In this document: positions 53,277-64,000 of the stretch, piece after piece
Layout of the letters: every line of letters starts with the position of its first letter
How positions within the stretch are numbered: the first letter of the stretch is position 1
Assembly: GCA_964016885.1 (NCBI GenBank)
Contig: OZ024741.1
Coordinates: 269,886,001-269,950,000 of the forward strand
Length of the DNA: 64,000 nucleotides
Source: Eledone cirrhosa
Taxonomy: Eukaryota
Reading direction: 5' to 3'
Notes under the pieces: generated by a model
What the model saw: the letters and a program-made list of their open reading frames with translations, nothing else
What the model was told of the DNA's origin: nothing
The model's database searches: none
Position numbers and translations under genes: made by a program

Positions 53277-54516
53277 GTCTGTCTTTTTAGATACATAGCT
53301 ATAACGTCACGCCTTATAATATATGTCTGTATGTCTGGCTGTCTGCATTACGGCATTATGAAAATATTGTCCTCATTGCTGACGTATTATCTTCGCTATT
53401 TTCCGTTCATTGCCAAGGAACGTCTTCACGAACCAAAGTATCGTCTTCCTGTTTTGCTTCGGTTGCAACGTTTTTCAAAATACTTACTTCTGCGTTCACA
53501 GATTGATTTTTTTAGTTTTAGAAGATCCCGTTAAGGGTGAAAGCAGCGATTCTTTGCTTAAACTTTAATCTATTATTTTAATATATACATATAATTATAT
53601 ATTCGTATACAGATATTTTTGCATACACAAAAACAAAATATAAACAAACGTATTTATTTCACGAAAGCACAGACGGCTTATCGTCATTGTTACTGCCGAT
53701 ATGCCACCCAAAAAGTCCCACTACTTTTGGCACAAGGCCAGCAATTACATAGTCAACGGTTCGGAAATCACATGCATCACTGACGAGTTTACTCCTTACT
53801 CTACCAGCTAGTCTTAATCTACTTCGTCCTGCTTTTAGGTCATGCCTCGAAGGAAGAGATACTCCATTGGCCGAAATACTGCGAAAGCGGCAACAAAAAG
53901 AACAAGGCGGGCAAACGAATCGTCAGTGGAATCTGCTATTCGAGGGTCACAAGATGCTGAACGTACTGCCACCAGAAGAGCACTTGAAACAGACAACCAA
54001 CGAACCATTCGCGGTACCGTTTCAGCTTTGCAATGTCTATTAACAAATCCCAGGGTCAGACCCTAGCTGTTGCTGGTCTTCTTTTGGAAGAGTCATGTTT
54101 TTCACACGGGAAACTATACGTTGGCTACTCAAGAGTGGGAAGCAAGACAAATCTCTTTGCATATTCCAGACACAGAAGCAAGAAACAATGTGTACAAGGA
54201 GGTGCTACAGTCATTGTTTAGGTAGACGAGGCAGAACGGGATATACACGATTGGCTGAAGAAGTACGAGACTGTGTTAGAAGTACGACCAACGGCTGCTA
54301 TCACGCCAACAACAGCAAAAACAACAACAAAAAAGAGAGGGAACGCAATTGCATGCTTTTGAAAAATCTTAATGGAAAATGATTTGCCTAAGCACAAAAT
54401 GTAGACACCATCCCCAGGCTGAGGTGTTCCGTACTTCTCTGTACTGTTTCAGAAAGGAGGGATAAACATGCCAATCTATGTTTAGAAGCCCGAGCAACGC
54501 CGGGCATTTCTGCTAG
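53043..54516 (+). mobile_element. Internally deleted Helitron
   Basis: 5' A|TC start. 3' GCCCG-agcaacgc-CGGGC hairpin then CTAG|T. PIF1 helicase end MSINKSQGQTL..FSHGKLYVGYSRV (54033-54160) is joined to a basic N-terminal piece (53842-54010). Confidence 0.8.
53514..53564 (+). ncRNA. Family A hammerhead copy (TAGAAGA, decayed core) inside the Helitron
   Basis: AGTTT-TAGAAGA-TCCCgttaaGGGT-GAAA-GCA..TGC-TT-AAACT. Confidence 0.5.
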
Positions 54517-54558
<42 letters not shown>

Positions 54559-54564
54559 AATATA

Positions 54565-54703
<139 letters not shown>

Positions 54704-54913
54704 ACATTGTAGGGTTATATGCGTAGTAGTAGAGCACTCAGTCCATGGGACGAGTGAGTTTGGTAGAAGTAGTAACACAACAGTTAGTTCACCATACCGA
54801 TAACAACTCGGACTGAGTTCAAATCCCGCCGAGGTTAACTTTGCCTTGCATCTCTTTCATCTTTACGGGGTCGGTAAAATAAAGTACCTGGAATGCACTG
54901 GGGTCAATTTAAT

Positions 54914-54950
54914 CGAGCTGAAGATCCGCAAAGTGAAACAATTGTTCTCG
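54914..54950 (+). ncRNA. Minimal type I hammerhead
   Basis: CGAG-CTGAAGA-T-CcgcaaaG-T-GAAA-CAATTG-TT-CTCG, with palindromic stem III. Confidence 0.65.
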
Positions 54951-55279
54951 GTATGGTGAACTAACTGTTGCGTAACTACTTTATATATATATATATATAT
55001 ATAGCGGCGATGAATTAGTTTTGCGAGGTTTTTTATATGAAATCGTGTGTCGAAACAGATATTGTTATATTTGGGGAGGGTCATATTTGCGTAATATTGC
55101 CAGAATTAATAACAGAACACACTCACTGTTTGGTTGGTTTTCGCTTCTCGCTGTCTTTTATATATATATATCTGCGATCTAACTTACTCGGTCCTCAATG
55201 TTGCCATTGACTGACCGGCGGTCAAAAATAATACAGATACAATATAGACACAAACACATATATATAGTTTACATAATTT

Positions 55280-55319
55280 ACATAAATCTTTCGTTGCACA
55301 TCTGCAACATCGTCAGTGG
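55280..55319 (-). ncRNA. pLTR hammerhead (inverted PLE copy)
   Basis: Reverse complement of 62261-62300. Confidence 0.6.
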
Positions 55320-55585
55320 TGTTATATTCATTGTTCCTCCTGTTGTGTTGTATGTCTACGCCATTTTCTTTTGTTCAGTCTGTCTATATATTTATTTATT
55401 TATTTGCTTGTTTGTTTATCTTATTTTATTTTGTCTTCTTTGCGCATGCGTTTGCGTGTGTGTATAGTGTTATGTGTGATGTGTGACTAGTGTGTATAGT
55501 GTTGTGTCTGCTGGGTGACTAGTGTGTGTTTATGTGCTTGTGTATGTATTTATTTATCTTATTATATTTAATTTTATTTACTTAT

Positions 55586-58258
55586 TTATACTTCTCTTAG
55601 GTCAGTGTTGTTTGTTTGGGTGTTGTTGTTGTTCCACTCATTCTTTCTGTTTAGCTTTGGTCTTCTAATTTCTATTTCACTGGCCTCTCTGATTTGCCTA
55701 TCTGCTGGGTCATTCCTATGTTTAGATATTATTCTATTTTCTATGTTGTCTATGTTACCGTCATGTTGTTGTCTAGCATGTTCGTATAGTACTGACCCGT
55801 TTTTTCGTCCTTTTAGTTCCCCCCAGTGTTGGTCTATCCTTTCACCTATGCTACGAGCTGTCTCACCTATGTATGTTGTTGTCATGTTTCTGCAAGTACC
55901 CTCTGTACATCTTATGCTATAGACTACGTTTCTAGTTTTACAGTTTATCCGGGGGTTCACCTTACAAATGATACATTTCCTATTGGTACAGTGGGTTTTC
56001 TTAAAAGGGTAGGTTTTGCTGATCAGGGATTTTATGGTGGTTCCTGGCTTTTCTACCACCTTTATTTTTAAGTGGGTCTTTCTCAGGGCCTTTCTACACT
56101 GGTTAGCTAATTTCCCTCCAGGGGTGGCGTCCACAAACATGACACTCTGATATCTCTGGTTGTCGTACCATGATGTGGCCTTCCCTATATTATGTCTAGC
56201 CCTATCTAAGCTATTCCATGATTTGCTCCTGTATAGTGGGCAAATTCCTTTCATGTCCAGTTCTATGAGGGTCTTATACTTTTCCATGGCTCCTTCGTAT
56301 ACTCTGACTCTGTCTCTTTGGTTGTAGCCAGAGAACTGCATGCGGTTGATGAAGTGTTGGATGTGTCCTTCCATTTCTGTTGGGTCGCACATGCTGGACA
56401 CATTCTTCATCACTCGTACCAAATCTGCGATCAGAATATTAAACTTAGCACTACTGGACATTGCTGAGTTTTTGAGTATCAGGTATTTGGAAGCCATGGG
56501 TTTAGCATAGTGTGAGTGGAGAATTTGGGCTCTCTCGTCTATAGTGTTAATCCAGAGTTCTGTGTCTAATACAGGTAGTCTATTGTTAGGGTGTTTGGAA
56601 GGGAAGTCTATAGTTACAGTTATACTCTGGTGTATGGAATTAGCTATCTGCTGGATGCTTTCCATCGTGCTACGTTCTAAATCAAACTTGTTAGTGCTCT
56701 CTAGTGGGGGTGTTCTTATAACTATATTGATATCGTCTACATAACGAGAGTACATGATGAGGTCTATGGAGCTTTCATTAAGGAGATCTTTAAGTCTCCT
56801 TTCCCACCATACCATAAAAAGGTTGGCAACATCACCAGCTATGCTGACGCCGATGGCTGCTCCCTCATTTTGGGTGTAGATTTTCTCATTGAACTTAAAT
56901 ATGTGGCCCTTTAGGGTAGTTTTGATACTAGCCCCTATTGCATGTGCGACCATTTTTCTTACCTGATCAGTGTTTTGGGGGGTCCGTATAGCTTTGGTCC
57001 ACCCAATCCACCTTCCTATGGGAGTCTTTTTAGCCATTGAGGTTATGGTGGGGGGTCTACCTCTTATAGGTCTACTAGGGCAGAAACATCTAAGGTCATG
57101 GCTGTCTAGGTAGTCAGTGTCGTAGGTAAGTCTAAGTAGGAGGCCCAGTTCGTCTGTGTCGACGTCGCAGAACTCCACCTCACTCTCAATGATCATCTCC
57201 ACACATCTTTTCACAGCAAAATCAATGTTAATGGATGGGTACAGTGACACCACATCCATGCTGCCTATTATGCAGTTGGATAGGCTCCTGTTTTTGTTGC
57301 ACTCACTGATTCTGCTGAGGAGGTCCTCTGTACTTTCACATACATCTGGGGACATCTTGATTATGGGGCGTATAACCATTGAGAGGAAGTAGGAGATCCT
57401 GTAGTTGCTAGCTATATTAGCTCCGCATACGGGTCTTGTTGGTGGTCCTGTTGTCGGGTCGTCGACTGTCTTGTGGTCTTTGCGGAGCCCATACAAGGGT
57501 GGTATGCCATTGTTAGACGCCTGGAAGTTGTTGGCAGTGCGTCTGCTTGGCTTTAGGATGTCAGTCCACATCATCATGTGAGCGTTGAGGATTTTTTCTC
57601 TCCCATCGTGTGTTAGTTGTGCAACTTCGCTCGTGTTGGTGATGTGGGGTTGCATTGCCTCGATGTAGTTCGGCATGCTATCTATTGACATCCTACCAGA
57701 CTTATCTGTGGGTAGACACACTACCTCACCATCCCTTGTGCGCTGCTTGAGGCTAACCAAGCCTTCTACAGGTTTTATCCCAAGTTGTTGGGCCTCTGGT
57801 CTGCTCTGTCTCATAGTGTACCTGTCTACTACTTGTCTAATCTTATTTCTAGCTATGGTGAACTGTGCCTCCGTCTCGTCATCTATTTGCTGTGGTATGC
57901 AAACTCTTTTATTAAAGGGTAACCTCGTAGGATAGATATTACCCATCTTATATGTTTTGTCAGCTGGGTTGAAAAATAGTTTCTCTAAGGGGCTGTCGTT
58001 ATTTCTATCGTCATAGTTGTGTGTGTTGCTATTATTGTTATCATGGTGGTTGTTGTTGTTTCTATCATTAGCATTAATATTATTATTGTTATGATTGCTA
58101 GATGTATTGTTGTTTACTTCACCGTTATTGTTGTTGTTGTTACTGCTATTTCTACCATTGTGGTTGTTACTATTATTATGTTTCTTGTTTTTGTTGATGT
58201 TGCTACATGTACTATTTCCATTATTACCACTGTGGTTATTGTTGTTGTTGTTGTTCAT
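55586..58258 (-). CDS. 5'-truncated inverted copy of the PLE RT/GIY-YIG ORF (890 aa, open)
   Basis: Nearly identical to the C-terminal 890 aa of the 58362 ORF. Confidence 0.85.
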   Translation of the reverse strand: MNNNNNNNHSGNNGNSTCSNINKNKKHNNSNNHNGRNSSNNNNNNGEVNNNTSSNHNNNNINANDRNNNNHHDNNNSNTHNYDDRNNDSPLEKLFFNPADKTYKMGNIYPTRLPFNKRVCIPQQIDDETEAQFTIARNKIRQVVDRYTMRQSRPEAQQLGIKPVEGLVSLKQRTRDGEVVCLPTDKSGRMSIDSMPNYIEAMQPHITNTSEVAQLTHDGREKILNAHMMMWTDILKPSRRTANNFQASNNGIPPLYGLRKDHKTVDDPTTGPPTRPVCGANIASNYRISYFLSMVIRPIIKMSPDVCESTEDLLSRISECNKNRSLSNCIIGSMDVVSLYPSINIDFAVKRCVEMIIESEVEFCDVDTDELGLLLRLTYDTDYLDSHDLRCFCPSRPIRGRPPTITSMAKKTPIGRWIGWTKAIRTPQNTDQVRKMVAHAIGASIKTTLKGHIFKFNEKIYTQNEGAAIGVSIAGDVANLFMVWWERRLKDLLNESSIDLIMYSRYVDDINIVIRTPPLESTNKFDLERSTMESIQQIANSIHQSITVTIDFPSKHPNNRLPVLDTELWINTIDERAQILHSHYAKPMASKYLILKNSAMSSSAKFNILIADLVRVMKNVSSMCDPTEMEGHIQHFINRMQFSGYNQRDRVRVYEGAMEKYKTLIELDMKGICPLYRSKSWNSLDRARHNIGKATSWYDNQRYQSVMFVDATPGGKLANQCRKALRKTHLKIKVVEKPGTTIKSLISKTYPFKKTHCTNRKCIICKVNPRINCKTRNVVYSIRCTEGTCRNMTTTYIGETARSIGERIDQHWGELKGRKNGSVLYEHARQQHDGNIDNIENRIISKHRNDPADRQIREASEIEIRRPKLNRKNEWNNNNTQTNNTDLREV

Positions 58259-58361
58259 ATTGTTACCGTTATTACTACTGTGGTCACTGTTGCTGTGTCT
58301 GTGGTTAACGTTTCTATTAGTGAGTGTGTTCTGTTATTAATTCTGGCAATATTACGCAAAT

Positions 58362-61300
58362 ATGACCCTCCCCAAATATAACAATATCTGTTTCGACACA
58401 CGATTTCATATAAAAAACCTCGCAAAACTAATTCATCGCCGCTATGGCATTAGCTTGTGCCAAGCTGAAAGGTTATTGAAAGACACTGTTTTCTGTTATA
58501 TAAAAACTACAATAACAACAGAACAAATCCGCTTCTTAAAACACTGTGTTTCCTCCAAAACATACACAACAAACATATCAAAACAAGTAAATAATTTATT
58601 ATTGAACAAAACACAAGCTGAACGGCTAAAACACACAATAACAGTTAATATGAAAAGAACAACATACACAAAAGTCAACGCACTCTACAGACAAAAACGC
58701 ATCAACGGTAAGGAAATCCGAAATCTCATCACAGCAAACGAGAGAGATGACTTCATGAGCGTCATCCGACGCGAAACGAAATATGCTCAAAACGAATGCT
58801 GTAGGCATTTCAAGAAGAAATTAGAATGGATGAATAAGAAAAAACTACAAGAAAGGAAAATCGAATATTCTCAAAAATACCCAGATAACATCGACAACAT
58901 CCGTATGAGTGATGTAAAACTACCGGAAGAATTTACCAATGACCACACAGTAAATATCTATGGGAACACTTTAATCAGTGAACAAGAACAACAAATCATA
59001 AAGTTACCACCAAAATTTGCCATCTACAAAAAGATTAACCCTATGGAATGCAAAACGGAGCTGGAAAAGTGTTTCACAAAAATACGTTGGAATGCAAAGG
59101 TAAACAACAACAACAATAATAACGGTAGTAGTAATATAAACAATAACTCTGGGTATAGAAATAACAGCCATAACCATAACAATGGCAGGAAAGTGAGAAA
59201 TAGTGATAATGGCAATAATACTAGCGATAGACAGAACAACAACAACCACAATAATAATAATAATAGAAACGTTAACCACAGACACAGCAACAGTGACCAC
59301 AGTAGTAATAACGGTAACAATACGAACAACAACAACAACAATAACCACAGTGGTAATAATGGAAATAGTACATGTAGCAACATCAACAAAAACAAGAAAC
59401 ATAATAATAGTAACAACCACAATGGTAGAAATAGCAGTAACAACAACAACAATAACGGTGAAGTAAACAACAATACATCTAGCAATCATAACAATAATAA
59501 TATTAATGCTAATGATAGAAACAACAACAACCACCATGATAACAATAATAGCAACACACACAACTATGACGATAGAAATAACGACAACCCCTTAGAGAAA
59601 CTATTTTTCAACCCAGCTGACAAAACATATAAGATGGGTAATATCTATCCTACGAGGTTACCCTTTAATAAAAGAGTTTGCATACCACAGCAAATAGATG
59701 ACGAGACGGAGGCACAGTTCACCATAGCTAGAAATAAGATTAGACAAGTAGTAGACAGGTACACTATGAGACAGAGCAGACCAGAGGCCCAACAACTTGG
59801 GATAAAACCTGTAGAAGGCTTGGTTAGCCTCAAGCAGCGCACAAGGGATGGTGAGGTAGTGTGTCTACCCACAGATAAGTCTGGTAGGATGTCAATAGAT
59901 AGCATGCCGAACTACATCGAGGCAATGCAACCCCACATCACCAACACGAGCGAAGTTGCACAACTAACACACGATGGGAGAGAAAAAATCCTCAACGCTC
60001 ACATGATGATGTGGACTGACATCCTAAAGCCAAGCAGACGCACTGCCAACAACTTCCAGGCGTCTAACAATGGCATACCACCCTTGTATGGGCTCCGCAA
60101 AGACCACAAGACAGTCGACGACCCGACAACAGGACCACCAACAAGACCCGTATGCGGAGCTAATATAGCTAGCAACTACAGGATCTCCTACTTCCTCTCA
60201 ATGGTTATACGCCCCATAATCAAGATGTCCCCAGATGTATGTGAAAGTACAGAGGACCTCCTCAGCAGAATCAGTGAGTGCAACAAAAACAGGAGCCTAT
60301 CCAACTGCATAATAGGCAGCATGGATGTGGTGTCACTGTACCCATCCATTAACATTGATTTTGCTGTGAAAAGATGTGTGGAGATGATCATTGAGAGTGA
60401 GGTGGAGTTCTGCGACGTCGACACAGACGAACTGGGCCTCCTACTTAGACTTACCTACGACACTGACTACCTAGACAGCCATGACCTTAGATGTTTCTGC
60501 CCTAGTAGACCTATAAGAGGTAGACCCCCCACCATAACCTCAATGGCTAAAAAGACTCCCATAGGAAGGTGGATTGGGTGGACCAAAGTTATACGGACCC
60601 CCCAAAACACTGATCAGGTAAGAAAAATGGTCGCACATGCAATAGGGGCTAGTATCAAAACTACCCTAAAGGGCCACATATTTAAGTTCAATGAGAAAAT
60701 CTACACCCAAAATGAGGGAGCAGCCATCGGCGTCAGCATAGCTGGTGATGTTGCCAACCTTTTTATGGTATGGTGGGAAAGGAGACTTAAAGATCTCCTT
60801 AATGAAAGCTCCATAGACCTCATCATGTACTCTCGTTATGTAGACGATATCAATATAGTTATAAGAACACCCCCACTAGAGAGCACTAACAAGTTTGATT
60901 TAGAACGTAGCACGATGGAAAGCATCCAGCAGATAGCTAATTCCATACACCAGAGTATAACTGTAACTATAGACTTCCCTTCCAAACACCCTAACAATAG
61001 ACTACCTGTATTAGACACAGAACTCTGGATTAACACTATAGACGAGAGAGCCCAAATTCTCCACTCACACTATGCTAAACCCATGGCCTCCAAATACCTG
61101 ATACTCAAAAACTCAGCAATGTCCAGTAGTGCTAAGTTTAATATTCTGATCGCAGATTTGGTACGAGTGATGAAGAATGTGTCCAGCATGTGCGACCCAA
61201 CAGAAATGGAAGGTCACATCCAACACTTCATCAACCGCATGCAGTTCTCTGGCTACAACCAAAGAGACAGAGTCAGAGTATACGAAGGAGCCATGGAAAA

Positions 61301-61994
61301 GTATAAGACCCTCATAGAACTGGACATGAAAGGAATTTGCCCACTATACAGGAGCAAATCATGGAATAGCTTAGATAGGGCTAGACATAATATAGGGAAG
61401 GCCACATCATGGTACGACAACCAGAGATATCAGAGTGTCATGTTTGTGGACGCCACCCCTGGAGGGAAATTAGCTAACCAGTGTAGAAAGGCCCTGAGAA
61501 AGACCCACTTAAAAATAAAGGTGGTAGAAAAGCCAGGAACCACCATAAAATCCCTGATCAGCAAAACCTACCCTTTTAAGAAAACCCACTGTACCAATAG
61601 GAAATGTATCATTTGTAAGGTGAACCCCCGGATAAACTGTAAAACTAGAAACGTAGTCTATAGCATAAGATGTACAGAGGGTACTTGCAGAAACATGACA
61701 ACAACATACATAGGTGAGACAGCTCGTAGCATAGGTGAAAGGATAGACCAACACTGGGGGGAACTAAAAGGACGAAAAAACGGGTCAGTACTATACGAAC
61801 ATGCTAGACAACAACATGACGGTAACATAGACAACATAGAAAATAGAATAATATCTAAACATAGGAATGACCCAGCAGATAGGCAAATCAGAGAGGCCAG
61901 TGAAATAGAAATTAGAAGACCAAAGCTAAACAGAAAGAATGAGTGGAACAACAACAACACCCAAACAAACAACACTGACCTAAGAGAAGTATAA
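58362..61994 (+). CDS. Penelope-like RT + GIY-YIG endonuclease polyprotein (1210 aa, intact) with an Asn-rich insert
   Basis: PTDKSG, LYGLRKDHK, PTRPV, GSMDVVSLYPSI, GAAIG, RYVDD, LPVLD. Cys linker CTNRKCIIC. VVYSIRC..YIGETARSIGERIDQH..REASEI..PKLN. Confidence 0.95.
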   Translation: MTLPKYNNICFDTRFHIKNLAKLIHRRYGISLCQAERLLKDTVFCYIKTTITTEQIRFLKHCVSSKTYTTNISKQVNNLLLNKTQAERLKHTITVNMKRTTYTKVNALYRQKRINGKEIRNLITANERDDFMSVIRRETKYAQNECCRHFKKKLEWMNKKKLQERKIEYSQKYPDNIDNIRMSDVKLPEEFTNDHTVNIYGNTLISEQEQQIIKLPPKFAIYKKINPMECKTELEKCFTKIRWNAKVNNNNNNNGSSNINNNSGYRNNSHNHNNGRKVRNSDNGNNTSDRQNNNNHNNNNNRNVNHRHSNSDHSSNNGNNTNNNNNNNHSGNNGNSTCSNINKNKKHNNSNNHNGRNSSNNNNNNGEVNNNTSSNHNNNNINANDRNNNNHHDNNNSNTHNYDDRNNDNPLEKLFFNPADKTYKMGNIYPTRLPFNKRVCIPQQIDDETEAQFTIARNKIRQVVDRYTMRQSRPEAQQLGIKPVEGLVSLKQRTRDGEVVCLPTDKSGRMSIDSMPNYIEAMQPHITNTSEVAQLTHDGREKILNAHMMMWTDILKPSRRTANNFQASNNGIPPLYGLRKDHKTVDDPTTGPPTRPVCGANIASNYRISYFLSMVIRPIIKMSPDVCESTEDLLSRISECNKNRSLSNCIIGSMDVVSLYPSINIDFAVKRCVEMIIESEVEFCDVDTDELGLLLRLTYDTDYLDSHDLRCFCPSRPIRGRPPTITSMAKKTPIGRWIGWTKVIRTPQNTDQVRKMVAHAIGASIKTTLKGHIFKFNEKIYTQNEGAAIGVSIAGDVANLFMVWWERRLKDLLNESSIDLIMYSRYVDDINIVIRTPPLESTNKFDLERSTMESIQQIANSIHQSITVTIDFPSKHPNNRLPVLDTELWINTIDERAQILHSHYAKPMASKYLILKNSAMSSSAKFNILIADLVRVMKNVSSMCDPTEMEGHIQHFINRMQFSGYNQRDRVRVYEGAMEKYKTLIELDMKGICPLYRSKSWNSLDRARHNIGKATSWYDNQRYQSVMFVDATPGGKLANQCRKALRKTHLKIKVVEKPGTTIKSLISKTYPFKKTHCTNRKCIICKVNPRINCKTRNVVYSIRCTEGTCRNMTTTYIGETARSIGERIDQHWGELKGRKNGSVLYEHARQQHDGNIDNIENRIISKHRNDPADRQIREASEIEIRRPKLNRKNEWNNNNTQTNNTDLREV

Positions 61995-62260
61995 ATAAAT
62001 AAATAAAATTAAATATAATAAGATAAATAAATACATACACAAGCACATAAACACACACTAGTCACCCAGCAGACACAACACTATACACACTAGTCACACA
62101 TCACACATAACACTATACACACACGCAAACGCATGCGCAAAGAAGACAAAATAAAATAAGATAAACAAACAAGCAAATAAATAAATAAATATATAGACAG
62201 ACTGAACAAAAAAAAATGGCGTAGACATACAACACAACAGGAGGAACAATGAATATAACA

Positions 62261-62300
62261 CCACTGACGATGTTGCAGATGTGCAACGAAAGATTTATGT
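62261..62300 (+). ncRNA. pLTR hammerhead motif (weak stem I)
   Basis: CCA-CTGACGA-T-GTTGCA gatg TGCAAC-GAAA-GATT-TA-TG. Stem II covaries with the copy at 1078-1120. Confidence 0.6.
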
Positions 62301-62516
62301 AAATTATGTAAACTATATATATGTGTTTGTGTCTATATTGTATCTGTATTATTTTTGACCGCCGGTCAGTCAATGGCAACATTGAGGACCGAGTAAGTTA
62401 GATCGCAGATATATATATATAAAAGACAGCGAGAAGCGAAAAAAACCAACCAAACAGTGAGTGTGTTCTGTTATTAATTCTGGCAATATTACGCAAATAT
62501 GACCCTCCCCAAATAT

Positions 62517-62586
<70 letters not shown>

Positions 62587-62720
62587 TCATCATCATCATC
62601 ATCATCATTTCATTTTACGTCCGCTTTTCCCTGCTTGCAAGGGTGGGACGGGAACTGATTCTGGCTCGATTTCTACAGCTGACAGTTGAAAATTGCAAAC
62701 TCGACTGTCACCACATATTA

Positions 62721-62759
62721 TGAACCTGAAGATTGCGAAAGCATGAAAGTACTTGTTCA
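62721..62759 (+). ncRNA. Minimal type I hammerhead
   Basis: TGAAC-CTGAAGA-T-TGC gaaa GCA-T-GAAA-GTAC-TT-GTTCA. 5-bp stem I, GNRA-capped stem II, palindromic AGTACT stem III. Confidence 0.8.
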
Positions 62760-62927
62760 ATTAACACTTAGAATTTAATATTCTATCATACTATTTCATT
62801 ATAATACCATTATATATTTTAAAGGATTGTAAATAAAACGAGTAAATCAGACAAAGTTGGAATTCCTCTTATTAATATAATCTTCTATACACAATCATAC
62901 ACACCTGTGTATATTTACCTATCTATA

Positions 62928-62979
<52 letters not shown>

Positions 62980-63002
62980 TATATAAATATATAAATATAT
63001 AT

Positions 63003-63258
63003 CAAGTAAGAATATTTTCGAAACAGTGAGCGAGTTTGAAATTATAAATATAAGCTATCGCCGTATTTTGACTAAAGAAATTAAAGAAATTATTTAGCCT
63101 GATAGTGGAGTTAAGAACCCTCGGAGAAATGGAAAAAGATGAGTATTGACGTACATACTCATCTTTTTCCATTTCTCCGAGGGTTCTTAACCCCACTATC
63201 AGGCTAAATAATTTCTTTAATTTCTTTAGTCAAAATACGGCGATAGCTTATATTTATA
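63003..63258. repeat. Fold-back element (palindrome 63043-63258, ~105-bp arms, tail on left) between (TA)n tracts
   Basis: Near-perfect inverted arms centred ~63150. Confidence 0.75.
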
Positions 63259-63259
63259 T

Positions 63260-63368
<109 letters not shown>

Positions 63369-63369
63369 A

Positions 63370-63708
63370 CAGTGCATTACTGGTACTTTATTTTAGAGGA
63401 AAGGTAAAGCTAACCTCGGTGGGATTTGAAATCAGAACGTAAAGAGCAGTAACTACGTGCCACAAAGCATGTTGGTTGACGCTCTACCGATATTATGCCA
63501 ATATCCTTATAATAATTGTTTGAAAGGAAGAGAAAAATTGATTAAATCGACCCCAGTGCATTATTGGTGCTTTATTTTACCGACCTCGTAAAGATGAAAG
63601 GCAAAGTTAACCTCGGCGGATTTAAACTCAGAATGTAAAGAGCCATAACTCTATGCTGCAAAACATGGTTTCCGACGCTCTACCGATTACTACCAATCCA
63701 CCGCCTTT
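63370..63708 (-). mobile_element. Two tRNA-derived SINE copies
   Basis: Reverse complement A-box, B-box and central block. Confidence 0.8.
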
Positions 63709-64000
63709 ATTCAGCTGTAATAATAAAGGTTTATTGTCCATGTTTTGTTGAATTTGTCTGTTTCGTTTGATGTTCGGGTCGATAATCATTATTAATTATA
63801 TGTATTTTTCAAATTCTTGAAACATTGTATTAAATTCTTTTACGTGTAATTTCCATCGTGTGTTCTTCTTTGACTTTTTAATTGTCTGTTTCTTCGTATC
63901 CACGCTGTTTATCCAAATTAAGAAAGGCCGTGACCAGTTAACTTGATCAACATTTTGAATCCATGTCAAGATTTTTCATTCTTCTATAAAAAGGTTTTTG

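Larger units (their letters stand above)
55004..62521. mobile_element. Penelope-like element: full copy (+, 58319-62521) plus inverted 5'-truncated copy (-, 58319-55004)
   Basis: ~55060-58319 is the reverse complement of 59261-62521 with only a handful of differences. (TA)n at both ends. Confidence 0.95.

Noticed and set aside
58362-61994. Selenocysteine recoding as reported for some PLEs
   Set aside because: The ORF is continuous with no in-frame TGA and ends at TAA.

Overview
Repeat-saturated, AT-rich eukaryotic (animal) DNA. The microsatellite load and SINE families suggest a cephalopod (octopus-like), which is inference. No host protein-coding gene is supportable. Long ORFs are retroelements. 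They include an intact Penelope-like element (PLE; RT + GIY-YIG, 1210 aa) with a near-identical inverted partial copy forming a ~7.5 kb quasi-palindrome, two Tx1-type LINE families sitting in (ATT)n and (ATCT)n, a decayed R4/Dong-type RLE element in (CATA)n, CRE-like fragments, a pogo-like transposase relic, an internally deleted Helitron and many tRNA-derived SINEs. The main finding from reading the sequence is a dense set of type I hammerhead ribozyme (HHR) motifs: about 14 complete or near-complete copies in about 8 sequence families. They occur in the PLE terminal repeat and in short non-coding, (TA)n-flanked fold-back elements. Many share non-canonical core features: U-U at the base of stem II, a CAGAAGA core in one family, and a palindromic mini stem III. 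All structures were derived by eye and activity is untested.
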